Below are positions 1 through 7,778 of a DNA stretch of 11,744 nt, one piece after another (the first letter of the stretch is position 1; each line of letters opens with the position of its first letter). The notes below the pieces were generated by a model. The model saw only the letters and a list, made by a program, of their open reading frames with translations. It did no database searches and was not told the DNA's origin. The stretch lies in assembly GCA_038127595.1 (NCBI GenBank), contig JAYPIC010000006.1, forward strand, positions 27,107 through 38,850, in the 5' to 3' direction. This stretch comes from a bacterium (lineage in GTDB: Bacteria > Fidelibacterota > Marinisomatia > Marinisomatales > UBA1611). The position numbers and the translations under genes are program-made.

Positions 1-759
1 GCACTAGATAATATGGACCACGATCATGTTATGAAATTGATATCTACTATTAACGGCGCACCTGTATCAATAAAAATTGTTCCAGATTTATATGAAGTGG
101 TAAGTGGCTTGGCAAGGACTGAGCAAATTTCTGGGGTTCCTTTGATTGAAGTTAATTTTCAAGAAAGTAGTTGGTCTAGCTCTGGTATGAAGCGTCTTTT
201 TGATTTAATCTTTAGTTTTTTATTATTAATAGTTTTAAGCCCATTTTTTGTATTTGTAGGCATCTTGATTAAAATTACTTCAAAAGGTCCAATAATTTAC
301 AGTCAAGAGAGATTAGGTTATATGGGCAAGCCTTATTGGATTTATAAATTTAGATCAATGATAGTTAATGCAGAAGAAAAGAGCGGACCAGTTTGGGCCT
401 CTGATGATGATCCAAGAGTTACTCCTTTTGGTAGAATTTTAAGAAAATATAGAATTGATGAGCTTCCACAATTAATAAATGTATTCTTAGGCCAAATGAG
501 TTTGATTGGACCAAGACCAGAAAGACCATATTTTACTGAAAAATTAAAAGAAAAATTTCCTCTTTACGAACGTCGTTTTCGTGTTCGGCCAGGTATCACA
601 GGGTGGTCTCAAATCAAACATCCTTCTGATTTAGAGGAAGATGATGTCAGGCAAAAATTGAGGTATGATTTTTATTATATTGAGAATTTAAGTCTAAATT
701 TGGACCTAAAAATTTTGATAAGTACCATTGTTGTAGTGTTTTCTGGAAAAGGCAGGTAA
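1..759 (+). CDS. Polyprenyl-phosphate glycosylphosphotransferase (WcaJ/WbaP family, Bac_transf domain); 5'-truncated by the window edge
   Basis: Frame 1 is open from base 1 (gca cta gat aat atg = A-L-D-N-M), so the true start is probably upstream of the window. Family motifs: KRLFD followed by a TM helix, IYKFRSM, DPRVTPFGRILRKYRIDELPQLINV, MSLIGPRPERP, RPGITGWSQI, YYIENLSLNLDLKIL. Sugar specificity cannot be read from sequence. Confidence 0.92.
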   Translation, partial: ALDNMDHDHVMKLISTINGAPVSIKIVPDLYEVVSGLARTEQISGVPLIEVNFQESSWSSSGMKRLFDLIFSFLLLIVLSPFFVFVGILIKITSKGPIIYSQERLGYMGKPYWIYKFRSMIVNAEEKSGPVWASDDDPRVTPFGRILRKYRIDELPQLINVFLGQMSLIGPRPERPYFTEKLKEKFPLYERRFRVRPGITGWSQIKHPSDLEEDDVRQKLRYDFYYIENLSLNLDLKILISTIVVVFSGKGR

Positions 760-876
760 GGCCATTTCTTTAATCTGAACTTTAATGATTAATATCATTT
801 TTAATAGATATTTTTTATTTTTTTAAGAATATCTAAGTTTAATTAGCAACTATTTTAATTTCATTTAATAAAAAAT

Positions 877-2145
877 ATGATCTCAATTAAAACCATAAGA
901 GAAAACCCTCAATCTGTACAAGACATTCTAGATCTAAAAGGATATGAAGGTTCTATTTCTAAAATTCATTCGCTGGATGAGAATTATAGAACAATCAATA
1001 AAAAATTAGAAGACTTTAGGGCTCAGAAGAATAAAGTTTCAGAGCAGGTAGCAATATCAAAAAGAGATGGTACGGACTCTAATGATCAAATAGTGGAAAT
1101 GCGTAAGCTTGGTGAGCATATAAAACAGTTGGAAAGTGAACTTAATAGAGTTAAAAAAGAGCTAAATACTAAATTAGATGAAATTCCAAATTTGCCTCAC
1201 TCCTCCGTTCCCAGAGGTAAAGATGAAGAGAATAATGTAATCATTCGTGAATGGGGAAGTAAAAAAGTCTTTGATTTTGCCGAAAAAACGCATCTTGAAT
1301 TAAGCAAAGATTTAGGTTTAATTGACCTTGAAAGAGGAGCTAAAATTTCTGGTAGCGGGTTCCCAATATATACTGGGAAAGGAGCTAAGCTTGAGAGAAG
1401 TTTAATAAATTCAATGATAGATCATCATATAGAACAGTACGGTTTTACTGAGATTTTTCCATCAGTTTTGATTTTAGAGGAATCAATGAGAACCACTGGG
1501 CAACTTCCTAAATTTAAAGAAGATATGTATTTATCAGAGCTAGATAATCTTTATTTAGCACCAACAGCCGAAGTTCCAATAACAAATATGCATCGTCAAG
1601 AGATCATTCCAGAGTCTGAATTACCCATAAATTATGTGGCTTATTCGCCATGCTTTAGAAGAGAATCTGGCTCTTATGGAAAAGATACTAGAGGGCTATT
1701 GAGGCTACATCAATTTAACAAGGTTGAAATGGTAAAGTTTGTTAAACCTGAAGAATCATATGGCGCTTTGGAAGACTTAGTTCTACAAGCTGAATCCATT
1801 CTAAAAATATTAGGTATTACTTATAGAGTAGTTGAGCTGTGCACTGGTGATTTGAGTTTTTCTGCAGCAAAGTGTTATGATATAGAAATCTGGTCTCCCG
1901 GAGAAAAAAAATGGCTTGAGGTATCATCATGCAGTAATTTTGAAGATTTTCAGGCCAGGAGAGGTAAAATTAGGTTTAGAGGTGAAATTGATAAAAAAGT
2001 AAACTTATTGCATACTTTGAATGGTTCTGGTCTAGCAACCCCAAGGCTAATGGTAGCCTTATTAGAAACGTATCAAAAAGAAGATGGTAAGATTGTTTTT
2101 TCTGACTCTGCTGCTGAATTTCTAGGAATGAAAGAAATCAATTAG
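877..2145 (+). CDS. serS: Serine--tRNA ligase
   Basis: 422 aa with an N-terminal coiled-coil arm. Class II SerRS motifs: IPNLPHSSVPRG, PTAEVP, CFRRESGSYGKDTRGLLRLHQFNKVE, YDIEIW, EVSSCSN, TLNGSGLATPR. Confidence 0.98.
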   Translation: MISIKTIRENPQSVQDILDLKGYEGSISKIHSLDENYRTINKKLEDFRAQKNKVSEQVAISKRDGTDSNDQIVEMRKLGEHIKQLESELNRVKKELNTKLDEIPNLPHSSVPRGKDEENNVIIREWGSKKVFDFAEKTHLELSKDLGLIDLERGAKISGSGFPIYTGKGAKLERSLINSMIDHHIEQYGFTEIFPSVLILEESMRTTGQLPKFKEDMYLSELDNLYLAPTAEVPITNMHRQEIIPESELPINYVAYSPCFRRESGSYGKDTRGLLRLHQFNKVEMVKFVKPEESYGALEDLVLQAESILKILGITYRVVELCTGDLSFSAAKCYDIEIWSPGEKKWLEVSSCSNFEDFQARRGKIRFRGEIDKKVNLLHTLNGSGLATPRLMVALLETYQKEDGKIVFSDSAAEFLGMKEIN

Positions 2146-2856
2146 TTGCACTATTTTTGGTTGTTAATTGTAACAATTTTTTGGACCATTTTATTTGGTA
2201 TTGCTGTTGTTTTATTTTCTCCCTTCGATTACAAAAAAGGTAGAATATTAGGTTTCATTGTAATGTACTGGGCTAAAACAATATTTAAAACAATGAACAT
2301 TAACGTCAGAGTCATTGGCCTTGATAAATTAGATAAGAATGCTGATTACATATTTGCTCCAAATCATGCATCCAGCTTAGACATACCATTAATTCTTGGT
2401 TTTCTACCATTCTGGATTGTTCCAATATCAAAAATTGAACTTAAATGGATCCCTTTTTTAGGTTGGGCAATGCAAGCTGCAGGCCATGTTTTTGTTGACA
2501 GACGTGATCATGAAAAAGCAATGTTGTCAATTGCTAAAATCAAAAATTCATTGTTAAAAAACCCTAGGTCTATTTTGATTTTTCCAGAAGGCTCAAGAAC
2601 TAATGATGGTAAAGTGAATCAATTTAAAACCGGAGGATTAAGTATAGGCATATCTACAAAAATTTCTATTGTTCCTGTAGCTATAGAGGGTACTTTCGAA
2701 TCGTTAAGTAAGCATTCTAAAAAATTTGTTAATAAACTGCTTACTATCAGTATAGGCTCGCCCGTAGATACTCGAAAGTATTCTCTAGATGATCGAAAAG
2801 ATCTGGCCAATCTTGTAAATACTGAAGTAAGAAAGTTAAAAAATGAGCTTAATTAG
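2146..2856 (+). CDS. plsC: 1-acyl-sn-glycerol-3-phosphate (lysophospholipid) acyltransferase
   Basis: Catalytic NHxSxLD motif (PNHASSLD), FVDR, IFPEGSRT and IVPVAI, with a hydrophobic N-terminus. The TTG start directly abuts the serS TAG; the start codon is less certain than the gene call. Confidence 0.88.
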   Translation: MHYFWLLIVTIFWTILFGIAVVLFSPFDYKKGRILGFIVMYWAKTIFKTMNINVRVIGLDKLDKNADYIFAPNHASSLDIPLILGFLPFWIVPISKIELKWIPFLGWAMQAAGHVFVDRRDHEKAMLSIAKIKNSLLKNPRSILIFPEGSRTNDGKVNQFKTGGLSIGISTKISIVPVAIEGTFESLSKHSKKFVNKLLTISIGSPVDTRKYSLDDRKDLANLVNTEVRKLKNELN

Positions 2857-3307
2857 CTTTAAAGATATCAAACAGCTTTTAGGCACATATCGTTTAGCAA
2901 ACTTTAAATTGGTTTTCACTAATGGCTGTTTTGATCTTTTACATAAAGGTCATCTAGACCTTCTTTCAAATGCTGCTGGTTTTGGTGATAAATTATTTGT
3001 TGGTTTAAACTCTGATACATCAGTAAAAAAATTAAAAGGAGACTCAAGGCCAATACAAAATGAGAGAACTAGAGCCAAAAAATTATTGGAGCTTGAATAT
3101 GTTAATCATGTAATTATCTTCGAAGACTTGACCCCACAAAAGCTTATTCATGCAATGAGTCCTGATGTCCTAGTAAAAGGTGGTGATTATAAAAAAAGTG
3201 AAATAGTAGGTGCTAAACATGTTATTTCAAGTGGGGGTGTTGTTAAAATCGTTCCTTTAACGCCTGGATTCAGTACTACTTCAATCATAGAAAAGAGCTC
3301 TAATTAA
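2843..3307 (+). CDS. rfaE2: D-glycero-beta-D-manno-heptose 1-phosphate adenylyltransferase (stand-alone RfaE domain II / HldC type)
   Basis: FTNGCFDLLHKGH (HxGH motif), VGLNSDTSVKKLKGDSRPI, PDVLVKGGDY, GFSTTSII. Overlaps the end of plsC by 14 nt. Confidence 0.92.
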   Translation: MSLISFKDIKQLLGTYRLANFKLVFTNGCFDLLHKGHLDLLSNAAGFGDKLFVGLNSDTSVKKLKGDSRPIQNERTRAKKLLELEYVNHVIIFEDLTPQKLIHAMSPDVLVKGGDYKKSEIVGAKHVISSGGVVKIVPLTPGFSTTSIIEKSSN

Positions 3308-3311
3308 TAAC

Positions 3312-3340
3312 TTGCTCTTATTTGATTTAAAATATAATTT
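3312..3340 (+). promoter_or_regulatory. Candidate sigma70-type promoter for the transglycosylase-HU-bS22 unit
   Basis: TTGCTC (3312-3317), 17-nt spacer, TAATTT (3335-3340). A perfect TATAAT also lies at 3333-3338. It sits in a 60-nt intergenic gap; the AT-rich background makes chance matches likely. Confidence 0.35.
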
Positions 3341-3367
3341 TTCAGCCGTGAATTTCCACAAACCACT

Positions 3368-5002
3368 ATGAATCAGTCACTTACAAGAATTTACTTCTAT
3401 ACAGCCCTGTCTGTTTTTTTAACTAGTCATTTTCTGCTCAGCCAAACAAAATTATTTGCAAAGCAAGAAGCTGTAATTATAAATGAAAAATCTAATCTTG
3501 ATGATAGTAGAAATAGGTTTCCAGAAATATTACACGATGTAAAGATATTATTATCAGAAGTTTTAATAGCTGATCACCATTTAGATACTTTAGAGGTAAT
3601 ATATAATCTTAGCAGAATATATGATTTGTTGATGGAGGCTGATCAAATAGGTGATATGAACCAAGAAGATCAAGAAGAATTTGAACGTTTTGAAAAATCT
3701 TTTTTAGACATATACACTCATAAGCTTGGAACTATTAAATCTTCAGATGCGCCAGTTACAGCGGAGAGGTTTAGAAGAGATATTACTGAAGCCTTAGAAC
3801 CTTTAGCAATTGAAATGGGTGATACAAAGTTCATTGTCGTAGATGATAGAGATGGTCATATACCATTAGTTAGAAATAAACAAGTTGACCAGTTTATCAC
3901 GTATTTCACTAAACCAAAAGGCCGTAAACAATTTGCGATCTGGCTCAAAAGATATGAGGAATATAAAAACCTTATACTCCCAATTTTAAAAGAGCATGAA
4001 ATGCCTGAAGAATTAATGGTTTTAGCTATGATTGAATCTGGACTGAACCCAAAAGCATATAGCCGAGCAAATGCCTCTGGTATGTGGCAATTTATTTACT
4101 CTACCGGTAAGAATTATGGTCTAAAAAGAGATTGGTATATTGATGAGAGGAGAGATATTATAAAAGCTACCCATGCTGCTTGTGAATATTTGAAAGATTT
4201 GAATGAGCAATTTGATAATTGGTATTTAGCTTTAGCTGCTTACAATTGTGGGGCCGGTCGAGTTTCAAGAGCTTCTAGGCTTCATCAAACATATGATTTT
4301 TGGCAGATGCATTCGCTTCCTAGAGAATCAAGAAATTATATACCATATTATCTTGCAGCAGCTATTATCGCAAAATCTCCTGAAAATTATGGTTTTGAAG
4401 TCCCAAAGGTAAAGCCATTTGAATACGAAGAGGTTGTTCTTGAAAATAGTGCTGATTTAGCAGTTTTAGCTAGAGTAGCAGGTATTAAAGTTAAAACGTT
4501 GCGAAATTACAATCCTGAACTAAGGCAATCTGCCACTCCTACTGATAGTCCCTATCTACTGAAACTACCAAAAGGCAAAAAAGAGCAATTTTTAGCTAGG
4601 TGGAACTCGATTCCTGAATCTGAAAGATTTGCGCCACAATTTGTTGTTCACAGAGTTAGGTACGGTGAAAGCTTATGGACCATTTCAAAAAAGTATGGTG
4701 CTTCGATTCATGATATTGCTGCTGTTAATAAATTAAGAAATAGACATAAAATAAAGGTAGGAAATAAACTTAAAATTCCAATGAAAGGAGCAGCTCTTAG
4801 AACTTGGGGGACAAAAGATAATGGAGGGCCAGCTGGCCATTATAAAGTTACATACAAAGTAAAAAGGGGGGATACATTAGGTCAAATCGCTGAGGATTAC
4901 AAGACCAGTGCAAGCAAGATAAGAAGGTGGAATAGGTTGAAATATGGTTCAAGCCTAATATATCCTGGTCAAAAACTTAAGATTTGGGTAAAGGAAGGAT
5001 AA
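3368..5002 (+). CDS. MltD-like lytic murein transglycosylase (SLT domain plus C-terminal LysM domains)
   Basis: N-terminal signal-peptide-like stretch. SLT motifs AMIESG (catalytic Glu), ASGMWQF and LALAAYNCG. LysM domains HRVRYGESLWTISKKYG...IKVGNKLKIP and YKVKRGDTLGQIAEDY...IYPGQKLKI, plus a degenerate LysM-like segment around LRNYNPEL. Confidence 0.93.
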   Translation: MNQSLTRIYFYTALSVFLTSHFLLSQTKLFAKQEAVIINEKSNLDDSRNRFPEILHDVKILLSEVLIADHHLDTLEVIYNLSRIYDLLMEADQIGDMNQEDQEEFERFEKSFLDIYTHKLGTIKSSDAPVTAERFRRDITEALEPLAIEMGDTKFIVVDDRDGHIPLVRNKQVDQFITYFTKPKGRKQFAIWLKRYEEYKNLILPILKEHEMPEELMVLAMIESGLNPKAYSRANASGMWQFIYSTGKNYGLKRDWYIDERRDIIKATHAACEYLKDLNEQFDNWYLALAAYNCGAGRVSRASRLHQTYDFWQMHSLPRESRNYIPYYLAAAIIAKSPENYGFEVPKVKPFEYEEVVLENSADLAVLARVAGIKVKTLRNYNPELRQSATPTDSPYLLKLPKGKKEQFLARWNSIPESERFAPQFVVHRVRYGESLWTISKKYGASIHDIAAVNKLRNRHKIKVGNKLKIPMKGAALRTWGTKDNGGPAGHYKVTYKVKRGDTLGQIAEDYKTSASKIRRWNRLKYGSSLIYPGQKLKIWVKEG

Positions 5003-5008
5003 AATTCT

Positions 5009-5296
5009 ATGACAAAACAAAATATCATTGATATCGTTTCAGATGCTACTGGGTTAACAAAAGTAGAAACAGAAGCAGTAATGAATGGAGTAATGAAAAC
5101 TATTATTGATGCATTAGCTGAAAATGAAAGAGTCGAATTGCGAGGTTTTGGTACTTTTGGTGTTAAACATCGAATGCCTAAAAAAGCTAGGAACCCTGGT
5201 ACAGGAGATGCAATTTATCTTCCGGAGAGATACGTGCCAACATTCAAACCAAGCAAAATAATGCGTTCAAGAGTAAACGAATTAACAAAAAAATAA
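5009..5296 (+). CDS. HU/IHF-family (DNABII) nucleoid DNA-binding protein
   Basis: 95 aa with MTK start, RVELRGFGTF, ARNPGTG (intercalating Pro arm) and VPTFKPSK. AAGGA SD-like sequence upstream. HU versus IHF-beta cannot be resolved by eye. Confidence 0.95.
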   Translation: MTKQNIIDIVSDATGLTKVETEAVMNGVMKTIIDALAENERVELRGFGTFGVKHRMPKKARNPGTGDAIYLPERYVPTFKPSKIMRSRVNELTKK

Positions 5297-5309
5297 TAAA
5301 GAGGAATTT

Positions 5310-5405
5310 ATGCCCTGTGGTAAAAAGCGAAAAAAGCGTAAAATGAATACGCACAAGCGTAAAAAGCGCTTGAGAGCTAATAGACATAAAAAGAAGAATA
5401 CATAA
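5310..5405 (+). CDS. 30S ribosomal protein bS22 (AURKAIP1/COX24/mS38-like small basic protein), 31 aa
   Basis: Absent from the ORF track. Manual translation: MPCGKKRKKRKMNTHKRKKRLRANRHKKKNT*, 17 of 31 residues K/R. SD-like AGAGGA at 5300-5305. Matches the Bacteroidota-type bS22 pattern MPxGKKRKxxKxxTHKRKKRxRxNRHKKK as I recall it. Confidence 0.9.
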   Translation: MPCGKKRKKRKMNTHKRKKRLRANRHKKKNT

Positions 5406-5424
5406 ACATTTTTCTTTTATGCTA
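5381..5424 (+). terminator. AU-rich stem-loop over the 3' end of the bS22 gene; possible terminator or 3' stabilising hairpin
   Basis: TAGACATAAAAAGAAGAAT (5381-5399) pairs with ATTTTTCTTTTATGCTA (5408-5424): 17 pairs including one G-U, with two single-A bulges and an 8-nt loop ACATAAAC. The following tract is T-rich but not a clean U-run. Confidence 0.4.
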
Positions 5425-5458
5425 GTATTATCTTATTTCTAATTGATCTTAACTTTCA

Positions 5459-6664
5459 ATGACTATGGAGAGAACACTATACTCAGTCTCTGATCTAATT
5501 TCAAAGACAAGAGCAATGTTGGAGCTTTCTTTTAAAGATATCTGGCTGGAAGGGGAAGTTTCAAATGTTCATCATCATTCATCTGGTCATTTATATTTTA
5601 CTATAAAAGATAATCTATCTGAGCTGAAGGGCGTAATGTTCAAACGCTTTAATAGTTATCTAAGATTTCAAATTGAAAATGGAATGCGCCTTGTTTGCTT
5701 TGGCTCTCTGTCGGTTTATGAGCATCGTGGCCAAGTTCAGTTTGTTACTAAAAAGATAGAGATTTCTGGCGTAGGTACGCTCCATCAAGCGTTTGAAGCG
5801 CTAAAAAATAAACTTGAAAAAGATGGCCTTTTCGATCATAAACATAAATTAGAGCTAAAAGAAATTCCCGAGAAAGTTGGTATTTTAACATCAGGTGAAG
5901 GTGCTGCAATAGAAGATGTCTTGCATGTGCTGTCGAGAAGATCTCCTTTTTTGGAAGTTGTTTTTAGACCATCAAAGGTGCAAGGTGAAGGTGCAGCAGA
6001 GGATTTATCCAATGGTCTAAACGAATTATCTTCTGTTAGGGGTATTGATACAATAATTATTTGTCGTGGCGGAGGATCTATTGAAGATTTGTGGGCATTT
6101 AATGAAGAAAAACTGGCTCAAACAATCTTTAATTGTAAAGTTCCAATAATTTCTGCTGTAGGGCATGAAACAGATTTTACAATTTCTGATTTTGTTGCTG
6201 ATTTAAGGGCAGCAACTCCAACTGAGGCAGCAGAAATAGTATGTTTAAGTTTAGAACAGATTTTTAGTTCTTTTGAAAATTATGAAACTGCGTTTACCAA
6301 TAAAGTTGAAAGCCTGAGCTTGTTAAATAAAAATAAAATTGACAATTTGTTCAATCGTTTAATGCGTTTAGAGCCTTCAAATAGAATTAAAACAAAAAAA
6401 ATCGCTTTAGAAAATTTTAATAACTTTCTCCTTAATTACATTGAAAACGCAATTGATCGAAGTAAAATAAAATTTGAGAGCATGTCTAATCAATTGATCA
6501 GTATTAGCCCTGATAACGTATTAAGTAGAGGATTCTCAATAGCCATTGATAAAAATTCGAACAAGATCATTCGGTCAGCAGATGATTTGTCAATTGATGA
6601 TAATTTTATATTAAAAACATCTGGTGGTAGTTTAGAAGCAAAAAAAATTAAGCAGATTAATTGA
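5459..6664 (+). CDS. xseA: Exodeoxyribonuclease VII large subunit
   Basis: YSVSDL, IWLEGEVSN, SGHLYFTIKD (OB fold), IIICRGGGSIEDLWAFNEE, PIISAVGHETDFTISDFVADLRAATPTEAAE, SPDNVLSRGFSI. The start is either ATG 5459 or ATG 5465. Confidence 0.97.
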   Translation: MTMERTLYSVSDLISKTRAMLELSFKDIWLEGEVSNVHHHSSGHLYFTIKDNLSELKGVMFKRFNSYLRFQIENGMRLVCFGSLSVYEHRGQVQFVTKKIEISGVGTLHQAFEALKNKLEKDGLFDHKHKLELKEIPEKVGILTSGEGAAIEDVLHVLSRRSPFLEVVFRPSKVQGEGAAEDLSNGLNELSSVRGIDTIIICRGGGSIEDLWAFNEEKLAQTIFNCKVPIISAVGHETDFTISDFVADLRAATPTEAAEIVCLSLEQIFSSFENYETAFTNKVESLSLLNKNKIDNLFNRLMRLEPSNRIKTKKIALENFNNFLLNYIENAIDRSKIKFESMSNQLISISPDNVLSRGFSIAIDKNSNKIIRSADDLSIDDNFILKTSGGSLEAKKIKQIN

Positions 6665-6672
6665 GGTAACTT

Positions 6673-6870
6673 ATGTCAAAAAAAAATACAGTGAAATCCT
6701 TTGAGGATTTGTTCGAACAACTAGAAGATATTGTAAAAAAAATGGATACTGGCGATATTGAACTTGAAGAGAGCTTATCCCTCTTTGAGAAAGGAATGAG
6801 TATTGTCGAAGAAGGAAAAAAGAAACTCGACGAAGCAGAATTAAAAATTAAAAAACTCACCAATAAATAA
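6673..6870 (+). CDS. xseB: Exodeoxyribonuclease VII small subunit
   Basis: SFEDLFEQLEDIVKKMDTGDIELEESLSLFEKGM...LDEAELKIKKL. SD GAGGT at 6663-6667. Directly follows xseA. Confidence 0.96.
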   Translation: MSKKNTVKSFEDLFEQLEDIVKKMDTGDIELEESLSLFEKGMSIVEEGKKKLDEAELKIKKLTNK

Positions 6871-6882
6871 AGATTTAATTTC

Positions 6883-7770
6883 ATGCAAAAACCAAAAACC
6901 CTCGGTCTATGGGCCAACACAGATAAAGATATATTTTGGAATATTTTACCAGAAATTATTGAATGGGCTAATAGAAAAAAAATTCAAATCTTTGCTACTG
7001 AAAAAATCCAATCTAATAGTAGATATAATTTTACAGATATTTTACAAATAGGAATTCAAAATAAAATTTCTGAAATGGATTTTTTATTGGTGCTTGGGGG
7101 GGACGGGACTTTTTTAAGTTGTGCTAGGTGCGTCAAAGATCAGGATACCCCTATTCTTGGGATACATCTTGGAGATTTAGGTTTTTTAGCTAAGGTTACT
7201 CTAGATGATATATTTCAAAGACTAGATCAAGTAGCTGCTGGTGATTTTTTGGTAGAAAAAAGGAGTATGTTAAAAGCTTCGATTGATAAAAAAGATAAAG
7301 ATTTTATATCTTATGGTTTGAATGATTTCGTTGTCAGTAGTGGAGAATCGCATAGAATGTTAATATCGGAAGTATTTGTTAATGAGAGCAGGGTTGCTGA
7401 ATATCGTTCAGATGGATTAATAGTTTCTACCCCAACTGGATCAACTGCATATTCGCTTTCTTCTGGTGGGCCAATAATTGCACCAGATGTTGAAAGTTTT
7501 GTAATTACTCCAATTTCTGCTCATTCGCTTACATCTAGGCCGCTAGTAGTTTCAAATAAATCTGAGGTCCGTATTAAGTTTTCTAATTATAATCAAAATA
7601 TTACGCTGATAACTGATGGTCAATTGCACGAATCCGTAGATTCACTTGATATAGTGTCTATTACAAATTCTAATTTTGAAATTGGATTAATTGATTTTAA
7701 GGATAGCGATTATTTTCAAACCCTCAGAACTAAAATGGGTTGGGGTACTAGAGGCAATGGTGAATCTTGA
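6883..7770 (+). CDS. nadK: NAD(+) kinase
   Basis: LGGDGTFL, PILGIHLGDLGFL, LND, DGLIVSTPTGSTAYSLSSGGPI, TPISAHSLTSRPLVV, and C-terminal YFQTLRTKMGWG. Confidence 0.97.
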   Translation: MQKPKTLGLWANTDKDIFWNILPEIIEWANRKKIQIFATEKIQSNSRYNFTDILQIGIQNKISEMDFLLVLGGDGTFLSCARCVKDQDTPILGIHLGDLGFLAKVTLDDIFQRLDQVAAGDFLVEKRSMLKASIDKKDKDFISYGLNDFVVSSGESHRMLISEVFVNESRVAEYRSDGLIVSTPTGSTAYSLSSGGPIIAPDVESFVITPISAHSLTSRPLVVSNKSEVRIKFSNYNQNITLITDGQLHESVDSLDIVSITNSNFEIGLIDFKDSDYFQTLRTKMGWGTRGNGES

Positions 7771-7778
7771 AAATGGGA

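Noticed and set aside
13..15. ATG at 13 as the start of the sugar transferase
   Set aside because: The frame is open from base 1 and the first residues resemble the middle of a long WcaJ-type protein, so the gene is probably truncated by the window.
781..799. Fur-box-like sequence upstream of serS
   Set aside because: Only 12 of 19 positions match GATAATGATAATCATTATC, the dyad spacing is wrong, the background is very AT-rich, and there is no iron-related gene downstream.
2619..2810. 63-aa minus-strand ORF
   Set aside because: Antisense shadow inside plsC with no recognisable motif.
3352..3360. DnaA-box-like ATTTCCACA
   Set aside because: Single copy with one mismatch to TTWTNCACA; no cluster or oriC context.
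5322..5368. Repeated AAAAAGCG units
   Set aside because: Explained by Lys-Lys-Arg codons of bS22; not a CRISPR or regulatory repeat.
6657..6920. 87-aa minus-strand ORF
   Set aside because: Antisense shadow of xseB/nadK; its Ser/Phe-rich composition is typical of the reverse complement of Glu/Lys codons.
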